Shown here one piece after another: positions 24,754 to 34,800 of a DNA stretch of 36,865 nucleotides. Under the pieces are notes generated by a model that was given only the letters and a program-made list of their open reading frames with translations, ran no database searches and was not told the origin of the DNA. Where the stretch lies: the IMG/VR virus record IMGVR_UViG_3300044522_000791, positions 1-36,865 of that record; one strand, 5' to 3'. This DNA is from a virus. Lineage: Duplodnaviria > Caudoviricetes. A program made the position numbers and the translations under genes. The stretch's first letter is position 1. Each line of letters starts with the position of its first letter.

Positions 24754-27700
24754 ATGCCAATAATAAATAACCCATTTAACGGAAAGCTTAACTTAGATGT
24801 TGCCGACTATAGGATATCTGGTGGTGATTATATAGATGCTTTAAATATAACAAAAGATTCTGAAGGAACAGGTCAGGATATAGTTATATCTAATATATTA
24901 GGAAATTCATTATTGCCATATACGTTGCCTGCCGGTGAAAATAAAATTATTGGATTTTATCCAGACAAAATAAGAAATAAAGCTTATTATTTTTTGTGGA
25001 ATAGCAATGGTTATAATACTATATTGTATTATGATGCGAATAACGAAACTGTTGTAAAAGTATTAGAAAGCAAAACAGACAGCGACGGTATTGATATTTT
25101 GAATTTTAATCCATCTTATAAGGTTTTATCGGTTAATATATTTTATAGAGATGATGAAGGTGATATTTTATTTTTTAATGATGGATTAAATCCACCTAAA
25201 AATATTAATGTAATTGCTACATATAGTCCATGGAAATTAGAATATTTATTGGTTGCAAAAGCGCCACCGGTAATGTCTCCTAAAGTAGTTTATGAAAATG
25301 ATACTACAATTACTATTAATAACCTTAGAAATAAATTATTCCAATTTTCATATAGATATGTTTATGATAACAATGAAAAATCTGTATGGAGTTCAAAGAG
25401 TATAGTGCCTTTGCCACAACAGCCAACATTAAGTTTAACGGATAATGTATTTACAGACAACTCTAGAATTTCTGTTTCTGTTTCTACAGGCGGAGATCAA
25501 GTAAAAGCTATTGAAATTTCTTTTAGAGAAACGAGTAATGGAGTTACTAGCAACTGGTATCTTATCCAATCTTTTATTAAGGAAAATTTATTTATATCAA
25601 ATAATACTTTATACACATATAAGTTCTTTAATGATGGTATTTATTCTCAATTAGATGTAATTGAAGCTACGCAGTTGCAAGATTGGGTTCCTCAAAAAGC
25701 GAATGCATCTGAATTAGCTAATGGAAATGTTTTATTATATTCTGGAATTACAGAAGGGTATGATAAGACAGATATGGAATTATCTATTTCTCAGCCAATT
25801 GGGCAAACTGATTATTTTTATGATCAATGTGGATTGCTTTTTATTGCATCAGTAAATGGTTCAGATCATGGCTCAGGCACAATAATGGATATTTATCTTT
25901 ATGGTACTGGTACAAATGGAATAGATGGAACAGTAACAACACTAAATAACGCAGCAGGTGGATATTATATAAATTCATTCTCATCAACAGGTACTGATTT
26001 AAGTACATTCTATGAAACTACTGGTTTAACAAGCTCGTATTTAGTTAGCGATTTATTGGACGGAATATCATCTGCAATGCAGTTAAAAGGTTTTACGCAA
26101 GTATCATTAACCGGCAATCATCTTGTTTTAAATTACGCAAGCGGATTTACGTTATTTTCAAATGGATTTAAAACATTTCCTGCATTAGATTCTGATAATA
26201 CAAGATTTGCAAATGCATGGGATTCTGGTTATCAATATGCTATTCAATACTTTGATGAACAAGGGAGAACTATAGGTGCTCAAACATCGATAAATGCAAC
26301 AGCAAATACTTCTTCTCAATCTTTAGTAGATGAATTGCCATTGATATATATATCTATATTAAATAGGCCTCCATTGTATGCAAAATATTATCAAATATTA
26401 AGATCAAATAATACTACTTATAATAAAAGATTATATTGGATAAGTGATTCTGCATTTTCTAGCTTAAATGCAACAGATGAACCTAGATCTACTCAAAATG
26501 TAGTTTCTTATTCTTTTGCAGATGGAGATAGAATTAAATTTTTAAGAAGATATGATGTAGATAATGTTGCAATACCATTGACTCAATATGATTATGAAAT
26601 TGTAGGGGTGCAAACGTCTATACAATATAATATAGAATTTCCTGCTCCATTAACTCCAAACTATAATACTTATACAAGAACAGGAACTTTTTTAAAAATA
26701 AAATACCCGACAAATGATATAGGTGATGATTTTAAATTTATAGGTACGGAAGATTTTCAGCATTATGAAATATTATTATATAACCTTACTACAAATTCAT
26801 CTTTAACTCAAAGATTTTTTTATGAATTTGGCAAATGTTATGGAATAGGAAATGCAGGAACTAATTTAGATTTTCATTATGGAGAAATAACGCAAAGTGC
26901 TACAGATCCTTATAATTATCCTGCTATTGTTTCTTTAATGAATGGAGATTTATTTTATAGGAAAAGAACAGTTCCTTATAATGATTTTTATGAATCAATA
27001 CAGTCTAATTTAGTTGAAATAGAAACATCTGCGCCATTTGATAATAGAATACAAACATTGAGTCTTACCGTTGATCCTGAAATATCAAATGATTCATATG
27101 AATTAAAAACACAACCAATGAATTTTGTTGAATTTGCGGTTGGGTATTATCCTGAATTTTCGGATATAGGTTATTTTTTTTATAATAAATCAGCTAATTC
27201 CAGAATTGTTAGTTTGAAAGGAACAGTACCTGTTTTTTCTGATGGAACATCTAAATTTTCTATGTATGCAATTGTATGTAATGCATCTGCAAATCCTAAA
27301 TATAAAATTAACTTATTACCTATAGAAATTAACACTATAGTTCAATTTGCTGCAGGAGGCGTAAATGTAGAATATGAATTAGATAAAAAAATAACCATAC
27401 CAGCAAATTCAAAAGTTTGGATAGTTGCTGAATCTACAAATGATTCTATTGGAACAAATCGTATTTTTATAAATCCTTTTTCTCTTGATTTTGCAGTAAT
27501 AAAAAATTCTACAATATCAATAATAGAATCAAGTTTTAGTGATAATTACAATTTAATTACAAATAGTAATGGTAGAGAATCAGTTGTAGATGAAAATGCA
27601 AAACAAGTTTATTTTCCAACTTTAATAAGATTTGGTCAAGCATATCAATCAAATACAAATATAAATAATATTAATAGATTTTATTTTGAAAATTTTGACG

Positions 27701-28668
27701 AATATGATAGAAGTTTTGGTGATGTTATGAGATTACATGTAAGGGATAGGTATTTAAAGGTTTATCAAAAATTTAAAGTGGGGAATGTGCCTATTTTGAC
27801 TCAGATTGTAAAAGACGTTACAGGGAATCCATTGCAAGCAAATAGTGATCAGCTAATTAACAAAATTCAATATTATGCAGGTGATTATGGCATAGGTGAC
27901 GCTTCGACAAGTCTTGCATGGAATAATTTTGCAGATTATTTTGTAGATAATTATAGAGGAGTAGTATGTAGATTAAGTCAAGATGGTATAACTCCAATAA
28001 GTATAACAAATCAAATGAATTCATTTTTTGTTAAAAACTTGGCCGCTTATAGACAAGAATTAAATAATGGTGCTACATTGAATGATACTGTTTATAAGGG
28101 TAATCCTTGTATTTATGGTGTATTTGATGCTTATACAAATAAGTATATTATAGCTATGGAAGAAATTAATAGATATACTGTTCCTACTACAACTACGACT
28201 ACTACAACTACTACAACTACTACTACAATTGCTCCAACTACGACTACTACGACTACAATTGCTCCAACTACGACTACTACGACTACAGCTGGCCCTACAA
28301 CTACTACAACAACAGTTGCACCAGTATCAATAAGTTGGTATGTAGGTAATCAATCTGGAGGAAACTTGAAAGTTTTGAGTAATACAGGAGGCACTTTACT
28401 TGATATTACATCTTCAATAAGTGGTATTCAAAGTGGGTTTTTAAGTGTTTATTCTTATCAACAGCCATATACAATTAGAGGAAGCTGGGTATCAGGAAGC
28501 GGAAATGTAATTAAATATAGAGTTTGCGAAGGAATAAGTGAATTATATCTTAGTCCAGATATAACAGCAGCTAGTTCTATAGATGAATTTATTCCTATGC
28601 CGGTGCCATTAAGTATATCAGTTGCATTAACGGCTCAAAGTGTATCACCTCCTTCTTGTGCTCCATAA
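24754..28668 (+). CDS. tail stabilisation/nozzle (P22 gp10-like) protein, N-terminal part, with appended Thr linker and extra domain
   Basis: GKLNLDV...YIDALNI, LFFNDGLNPPKNIN, FSYRYVY, YFVDNYRGVVCRLSQDGITPIS motifs; beta-rich. Confidence 0.7.
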   Translation: MPIINNPFNGKLNLDVADYRISGGDYIDALNITKDSEGTGQDIVISNILGNSLLPYTLPAGENKIIGFYPDKIRNKAYYFLWNSNGYNTILYYDANNETVVKVLESKTDSDGIDILNFNPSYKVLSVNIFYRDDEGDILFFNDGLNPPKNINVIATYSPWKLEYLLVAKAPPVMSPKVVYENDTTITINNLRNKLFQFSYRYVYDNNEKSVWSSKSIVPLPQQPTLSLTDNVFTDNSRISVSVSTGGDQVKAIEISFRETSNGVTSNWYLIQSFIKENLFISNNTLYTYKFFNDGIYSQLDVIEATQLQDWVPQKANASELANGNVLLYSGITEGYDKTDMELSISQPIGQTDYFYDQCGLLFIASVNGSDHGSGTIMDIYLYGTGTNGIDGTVTTLNNAAGGYYINSFSSTGTDLSTFYETTGLTSSYLVSDLLDGISSAMQLKGFTQVSLTGNHLVLNYASGFTLFSNGFKTFPALDSDNTRFANAWDSGYQYAIQYFDEQGRTIGAQTSINATANTSSQSLVDELPLIYISILNRPPLYAKYYQILRSNNTTYNKRLYWISDSAFSSLNATDEPRSTQNVVSYSFADGDRIKFLRRYDVDNVAIPLTQYDYEIVGVQTSIQYNIEFPAPLTPNYNTYTRTGTFLKIKYPTNDIGDDFKFIGTEDFQHYEILLYNLTTNSSLTQRFFYEFGKCYGIGNAGTNLDFHYGEITQSATDPYNYPAIVSLMNGDLFYRKRTVPYNDFYESIQSNLVEIETSAPFDNRIQTLSLTVDPEISNDSYELKTQPMNFVEFAVGYYPEFSDIGYFFYNKSANSRIVSLKGTVPVFSDGTSKFSMYAIVCNASANPKYKINLLPIEINTIVQFAAGGVNVEYELDKKITIPANSKVWIVAESTNDSIGTNRIFINPFSLDFAVIKNSTISIIESSFSDNYNLITNSNGRESVVDENAKQVYFPTLIRFGQAYQSNTNINNINRFYFENFDEYDRSFGDVMRLHVRDRYLKVYQKFKVGNVPILTQIVKDVTGNPLQANSDQLINKIQYYAGDYGIGDASTSLAWNNFADYFVDNYRGVVCRLSQDGITPISITNQMNSFFVKNLAAYRQELNNGATLNDTVYKGNPCIYGVFDAYTNKYIIAMEEINRYTVPTTTTTTTTTTTTTTIAPTTTTTTTIAPTTTTTTTAGPTTTTTTVAPVSISWYVGNQSGGNLKVLSNTGGTLLDITSSISGIQSGFLSVYSYQQPYTIRGSWVSGSGNVIKYRVCEGISELYLSPDITAASSIDEFIPMPVPLSISVALTAQSVSPPSCAP
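28222..28287 (+). repeat. 30-bp tandem repeat x2.2 within the Thr-rich linker
   Basis: ACTACAATTGCTCCAACTACGACTACTACG twice exactly. Confidence 0.9.
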
Positions 28669-28680
28669 AATATAAAATAA

Positions 28681-29229
28681 ATGGCAAATACATTAACATA
28701 TCATCAAGATCCATATACCATATCCTTTGACGAGATAGGCAATGGTTTTGAGTCGTTTTATTCATATTATCCAGAAATGATGGGCTGTTTAAATACAACA
28801 TTATTTACTTTTAAATCAGGTGAAATATGGAAGCATAAGAGTTCCGTTTATTGCAATTTTTATGGAATTCAGTACAGCGCTTTTATAAAAACAGTGTTTA
28901 ATTCAAGTAGTCTAGATAAAAAAACATGGATTTCTATAATGGAAACTGCCAATACTATATGGCAATGTTCTTATATTTATACTCAAATGAACAGTTACGG
29001 GACTCAAAAACAAGAAAGTATCCTAATTGATGCAGATTTTGAAGTGCTAGAGTCGGAATATCATGCATCATTTTTAAGGGATGTAAATAGCATAGGTGGT
29101 ATATTAGAAGGGTCAGCTTTGAAGGGTAATTACATAGTTGTAAAATTTGAGAAATCTAATGCAAATTCTTTCGTATATTTGAATAGCGCAACGGCTAAAT
29201 ATATTAATTCGCCATTAAATAATAGATAA
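28681..29229 (+). CDS. probable C-terminal part of the tail stabilisation protein, encoded separately
   Basis: TISFDE..NGFESFYSYYPE, NFYG.QY and LKGNY motifs of the kind usually ending such proteins. Confidence 0.6.
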   Translation: MANTLTYHQDPYTISFDEIGNGFESFYSYYPEMMGCLNTTLFTFKSGEIWKHKSSVYCNFYGIQYSAFIKTVFNSSSLDKKTWISIMETANTIWQCSYIYTQMNSYGTQKQESILIDADFEVLESEYHASFLRDVNSIGGILEGSALKGNYIVVKFEKSNANSFVYLNSATAKYINSPLNNR

Positions 29230-29723
29230 TGATTTTAAGGGAAAATGATGACATATTGGACGAGTTAGAATTTTCTATGTTAGAAAATTGTGAACCAATT
29301 CATTGCCTTACTACTCATAAATTTACTGATGGAATGTATATAAGAGAGATATTTATGCCTGCTGGATCTTTAATAACAAGTAAGATACACAAAACAGAGC
29401 ATCCGTATATTATTTCATATGGAAAAACGGCTGTTTCTATAGATGGTAATGAATGGAATGAAATAACAGCTCCTTATACTGGAATAACAGTTCCGGGAAC
29501 AAGAAGAGTTTTATATATAATAGAAGATTGCATTTGGACAACATTTCATAGAATAGATAATATGAAGTCTGATTACAATAATTTAAATGATGAAGAAAAA
29601 GAAGAAATAGTTAAAAAAATAGAAGAAAAAATATTAGAACCTCATATTAATTATTTGACAGGAACTGATATTAAGGATGAATATATTAAAAAATTAGAAG
29701 AAACTAAAAAAATAGAATTATGA
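29229..29723 (+). CDS. cupin-like phage protein
   Basis: HKFTDGMYIREIFMPAG...KIHKTEH...AP...PGTRR...EDCIWTTFH. Confidence 0.7.
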   Translation: MILRENDDILDELEFSMLENCEPIHCLTTHKFTDGMYIREIFMPAGSLITSKIHKTEHPYIISYGKTAVSIDGNEWNEITAPYTGITVPGTRRVLYIIEDCIWTTFHRIDNMKSDYNNLNDEEKEEIVKKIEEKILEPHINYLTGTDIKDEYIKKLEETKKIEL

Positions 29724-30475
29724 GTTTCATAGCATTAGGAACAGCATTAGGAGCAACTGCGGCTACCGCAGCAGCTACTGGAATAGCAGCAGTAGGTACT
29801 GCGGCTACGGTAGGTATGGGAGCAGCTAGTATGATTTCTGGAGGTAAAGCACAAAGAAGATCTCAAAAAGCCTTAGAAGAGCAGGCCAGAAATAGCCCTT
29901 TATACAAACCTAGTAAAGAAATAGGAGCTTATTATCAAGAAGCTTTAAACAGATATAAGGAAAGTCCTTATCAGTCACAGCAATATCTTATAGGTAAACA
30001 AAACATACAAGGAGCTACAGCTCAAGGTATTTCAGCATTGCAAGATAGAAGATCGGCAATTGGTGGTATTTCTAGATTAGCAGGGACTCAATCACAGGCA
30101 TTAACAAATTTAGGAGCTCAAGTAGAATCTCAAAAAGGACAAAGATTATCACAATTAGGTCAAGCTACTCAAATGATGAGTGGAGAAAGTGCAAAAGAAT
30201 TTGATATTAATAAGATGACTCCTTACAATAGAAGACTTCAATTAGAACAAATGAAAGCACAGGCAGCAGGAGAGCAATATAATGCAGGAATGCAAATGTT
30301 AGGGTCTGGATTAAGTAATGCTGCCTCATTAGGTATTTCTGGTGCGTTTAATTCTCCCGCTAATGTTAATGCAGTACCATCAATGTCTGGTTTTGATTCT
30401 AATGTTCCCGGTAGCCCATATGGAAAATTTAAGGTAAATACCAATTTTAATCAATACTGGAAACCAACAAAATAA
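29720..30475 (+). CDS. putative DNA ejection/pilot protein
   Basis: Ala/Gly-rich hydrophobic N-terminus, Q-rich coiled coil, no Cys. Confidence 0.6.
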   Translation: MSFIALGTALGATAATAAATGIAAVGTAATVGMGAASMISGGKAQRRSQKALEEQARNSPLYKPSKEIGAYYQEALNRYKESPYQSQQYLIGKQNIQGATAQGISALQDRRSAIGGISRLAGTQSQALTNLGAQVESQKGQRLSQLGQATQMMSGESAKEFDINKMTPYNRRLQLEQMKAQAAGEQYNAGMQMLGSGLSNAASLGISGAFNSPANVNAVPSMSGFDSNVPGSPYGKFKVNTNFNQYWKPTK

Positions 30476-30484
30476 AATATTAAA

Positions 30485-31855
30485 ATGGCTTCAACAGGAT
30501 TATTGGGAATAAATCCCTACAAGAGGGGAGTTGCGATAGATATATCATCTAAGCCAACTCAAATGCTTATTCAATTACAACAAAAAGAACAAGCTAAAAA
30601 CGAAGCTTTGGACAAATACTTCATGGATTATGATAAAAACATAACTCCAGCTGGTATGCGTAATATAGATATTGAGGGCTTAATGAAAAGAAAAAATGAA
30701 GCCAAGCAGTATTATTTTCAAAATAAAGAAGCAATAAGAAGACCGGAATTAGATAATGGTAGAGCTTATTCTCAGTTTATGGGAATGAATACAGATCAAT
30801 TAGGTTTTGTTTCTAAGTCTAAAGAACAAACAGGTAAAGCAAAGGCATTATCTACAGCAACAATGAATGCTAATCAAAAAAAGCAAATAATAGCAGACGG
30901 AGTAAAAGATGCTCTTATATTAAATGAACTTGCATTAGATGACCCAAGAAGAGTAGATTTTGACATAGCTAATTTTAGGGCATACGATGCATATGATGAT
31001 AAGAAATTCATGGAAAATGTGTGGGGTAAGGAAGAATTGCCTACAAAAATTGTAAATAAAGATATTGGTAATGGTAAATTTATTCCAGAAACATATCATT
31101 TGAAAATACCAGAAATGGCGCAACTTGCTCCTCAAAGATTACAAAGTGCTGAAATTAGTACAAGATCTTATGTTAGAAATAACGAAGGTGCTATAAAATA
31201 TTTCAATACTTTAATGGAAGATCCCATTATGCTAAAAGAAGCAAATAAAGCATATCAAGAATACAAAGGGCCAAATGCTAAAATAGTAGATGAAGAAGAT
31301 TTTGCAGTTGCATATGGATTATTAAAAAAACCGGGAGGATTTGTAAAAGCAGGGAAAGAAGAAGAAACGGCAGCATATAAAAGGCAACAAGATTTAAATA
31401 AATCAATTGCTATTAAAAATATAGGAGATGGTGTAGTTGCAGGTGGTAATATATTAGATTCAATTGGAGGAGATGGCACGCCAGTAAGTTTAGGTAAAGA
31501 TAAGTTCGGTAATCAATATAAAATAGAATACGGACAAGTTTTAGGCAAAGATGATCAACCTTTTACTGGAGTTTCAGATATTAAAGGAACTGATTTACCA
31601 GCTGAATTATTTTCTATTTTAGCAAAATCTGGAACAAAATTATATGCGGCAGATAATTTTAAAATAAGATCTGAAGATGGTATAATTACAGAAATAGCAA
31701 GTCCAAGAGGTAAAGTTACTAGAGGATTTATAGAAAATGCTCAATTAACAGCAGATAAAGAACCAGTAAAAGGGCAACGACTTGTATATGGCAAACCCGT
31801 AAAACCTATTTCGGCATCTAAAAAAGCAGGTGCTGGTATTAATTGGAAAAAATAA
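30485..31855 (+). CDS. putative internal virion (ejected) protein
   Basis: 456 aa, helical, no Cys seen, between the pilot-like and giant proteins. Confidence 0.6.
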   Translation: MASTGLLGINPYKRGVAIDISSKPTQMLIQLQQKEQAKNEALDKYFMDYDKNITPAGMRNIDIEGLMKRKNEAKQYYFQNKEAIRRPELDNGRAYSQFMGMNTDQLGFVSKSKEQTGKAKALSTATMNANQKKQIIADGVKDALILNELALDDPRRVDFDIANFRAYDAYDDKKFMENVWGKEELPTKIVNKDIGNGKFIPETYHLKIPEMAQLAPQRLQSAEISTRSYVRNNEGAIKYFNTLMEDPIMLKEANKAYQEYKGPNAKIVDEEDFAVAYGLLKKPGGFVKAGKEEETAAYKRQQDLNKSIAIKNIGDGVVAGGNILDSIGGDGTPVSLGKDKFGNQYKIEYGQVLGKDDQPFTGVSDIKGTDLPAELFSILAKSGTKLYAADNFKIRSEDGIITEIASPRGKVTRGFIENAQLTADKEPVKGQRLVYGKPVKPISASKKAGAGINWKK

Positions 31856-31864
31856 GATAATAAT

Positions 31865-34800
31865 ATGCCAGATCAATTTGAACAATACTATAAATATTTA
31901 AAATCAAATGGTGCAGATGTTGCTCCAGATTTTAATTCTTTTAAAAATACTTTGTCTAATGCAGATGCATCTTCAAAATATTATACTTATTTAAAAGATA
32001 ATAAGTTTGATGTGCCGGAAACTTATGATTCCTTTGCTGATACATTTGGATTAAAAAAAAAAGGTGGTACAACCGTTTCTGGCCCTACTCCATCAAAATT
32101 ACCATCACAAGATTATCTTAGAGAAGGTGAAAAGATGGCTGCAGTCGGTTTTGCAACTCCTCAATTACTTTCAGAAGATGTAAAAGCAAGAAAAGAACCT
32201 AAAATAAGAATATCTCCTAAATTATTTGCAGCTCCGGGAGTTGTGGATGTAGATATAATAGAAGAAGATGAAGATGGTTCATATAAAAATTTAGCTCAAA
32301 ACTTAGCCAACAATTTTTTAATAAGTGCATCAGATATAGGTGCTGGGTTGGCTCAGATATTAAGAGAAGGCGCGCCAACTGGTGTCCCAATAACAGAAAA
32401 AAAGAAAACAGAAGAATTATATACTCCAGAAGGAGAGAAAACCAAATACGCACAAACAGTTACATGGGCAAAAGACCCATTAGCTAAAGTGGCACTTGGA
32501 TTAAATGGTATAGCCCAACCAGCAAGAGAGCTTCAAGAAACGCCATCAGCAAATCTACCTGATACATTCGTGGGTAATACATTGACAAGCTTATCCGCAA
32601 TAGTACCAGATTTAGCCGCAACTGCTTTGTTGCCAGAAGCTAAGGCAATTCAAGGGGCATCTTTTTTACAAAAAACAGGATCTCTTTTGTTTAATAATTT
32701 TACCAAATATTTAATGGTTAAAGAGCCATTAGTTGATTATAATAAATCTAAACTAGAAGGCAAAGATCAGTCCGCATTGGATGTACTTTCTAATGTAGGA
32801 AAAGGTGCTTTATCTGGTATGGAATTAGCATTATTAGGAGCAGGAAGTGGTCTTGCGACTAAAGCTACAATGAAACAGGCTGCAAAAACAGGTCTTGTTG
32901 GCACAAAAGGTTTTGTTGCTAAGGAATTAGTGAATTTAGCTACCGATGTTGTTGCTTATGGATTAATATCTCCTTCCGCTCATACATTATATGAAGAAGG
33001 GAGATTGCCTACATCAAAAGAAATATCAGAAGGCGCTGGTATTGCATTAGCATTTAGATTAAAAGATGTTATACCTTCAATAAGTACATTTAGAGATCTT
33101 AATAAAGCTGTTGATAATATTCAACAAGCGAAACAAGGCGCTGCAATATATAATTTCTTACAAGCAACTCCTGAAAGCATAGTTAGTGTTTATAATGGTA
33201 AGGAATCTGCAAATGATCTTCATTTAAAGGCTATGGAGGCAGCCAAAGCTGCAAGAGAAGCAGTTGATCCAATTGAAAAACAAAAGGCTGTAATTCAGGC
33301 TTCTACTATGGCTAAAGCTGCAAATGTAAAACAGGTAGCAGAAATGTTTGTTCAAGATAAGCAATTGGTTGATTATGTTAAAAACTCAGATTTGCCAGAA
33401 GAGGCAAAAATTGCTATTTTAGAAAAAGCAGAAGCTATTAGAAAAGCGGTAGATCCTGTGGAAATTAAAAAAGAGCAAACTGGGCAAAGGATGCAACAGA
33501 GTCAGGCATTTATTCAAGATTTGACATTAGAAATGAATGGCGAGCAAGACCCCGTTAAAAAAGCTGAGTTGCAATTTAGAATAAATGAAACAGAGAAGGG
33601 GTTAAAGATGCAAGAGAATGAATTAATGTCTTTAATCGAAGGCCAAGCTAAAGAAGCGCCATTAGATTTAACAGATATTAATACAGTAAAGCAAAGCAGA
33701 AAGTCTTTCAATGAACAAGTAAACTTAAAGTTAGAATCATTAGATAAGGCCGATCCAGACTATTTTGAAAAAGTAGAAAGCCTTAACAAACAAAGAGAAG
33801 AAAGGAATGATTACTTTGATAGAGTATTAGAAGATAAAAAACAAGAAGAAAAAAGTATAAGTGTAATGACTCCTGAAGAATTTAATCAGGTGGAAAATAT
33901 AGAAATATCATTAGAAGGACAAAAAACAGAAGCTCCTGTAGAAGAGGTAATTACAGAAGTTAAACCAATTGAAGCAAAAACAGAAGTTATAGAAAGTGGG
34001 AATGATTTAATATTAAGTCATGGCACAAGACATGATTTTAATAAATTCCAATTAGAAAAAATTGGCACAGGAGAAGGTGCTCAAGCATTTGGTTATGGGC
34101 TTTATTTTACGGATGGTTCAAAAATAGCAGAAGGGTATGCTAAAAAATTATCAGAAGATAATACCGGATTAGTTTATTCTGTTAAAATAAAAAATGGGAA
34201 ATTAGCTAATTGGGCTGAATGGAGAAGGCCATTAGAAGAGAGTATAGAATCTACTTTTTATGACAAATTAACCAAAGAAGAAAAAGCTCAATATCAAGAT
34301 TATGTAGATAATCAATTCAATTCAGGGAAGGATAAAAATTATACTGGTTCTTTTGGTGATTTAGAGCTTTCAAAAGAAGGTTTTTTAGAATATCCAACTT
34401 TTGAAAAACCATCTGCTTCGGGTAATTTATATCAAGATTTGAAAGATGCTTTCGGACAAGAAAAAGCAACTGAAATATTCAAAAGAGCAGGTATAGATGG
34501 GATTAAATACGAAAGTCAAGGTGGATATGGCAATGAAAATAATTATGTTGTTTTTAATCCAGAATCTATTGAAATAATTAAAAAATCAAAGGGCGGAGAG
34601 AAAGTTAAGCCAACTGAAGTTAAACCAAAAATAATAGAGGCTCCTGAACAAAAATTAGATCAAGATAATAGAACATATACAACAAAATCAGGTAGACAAA
34701 AGGTTGATTATGAGAAAGGACAATTAATAGTAAGAGATATTAAAACAGGAGAAGAAGTTAGCCCAGCTACAAGAAGAAAGGCTATAGATGAATACATAGA

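Noticed and set aside
18491-28323. Thr-repeat tracts as diversity-generating retroelement template/variable repeats
   Set aside because: Similarity is low-complexity, there is no adenine-specific mismatch pattern, and no reverse transcriptase is in the window.
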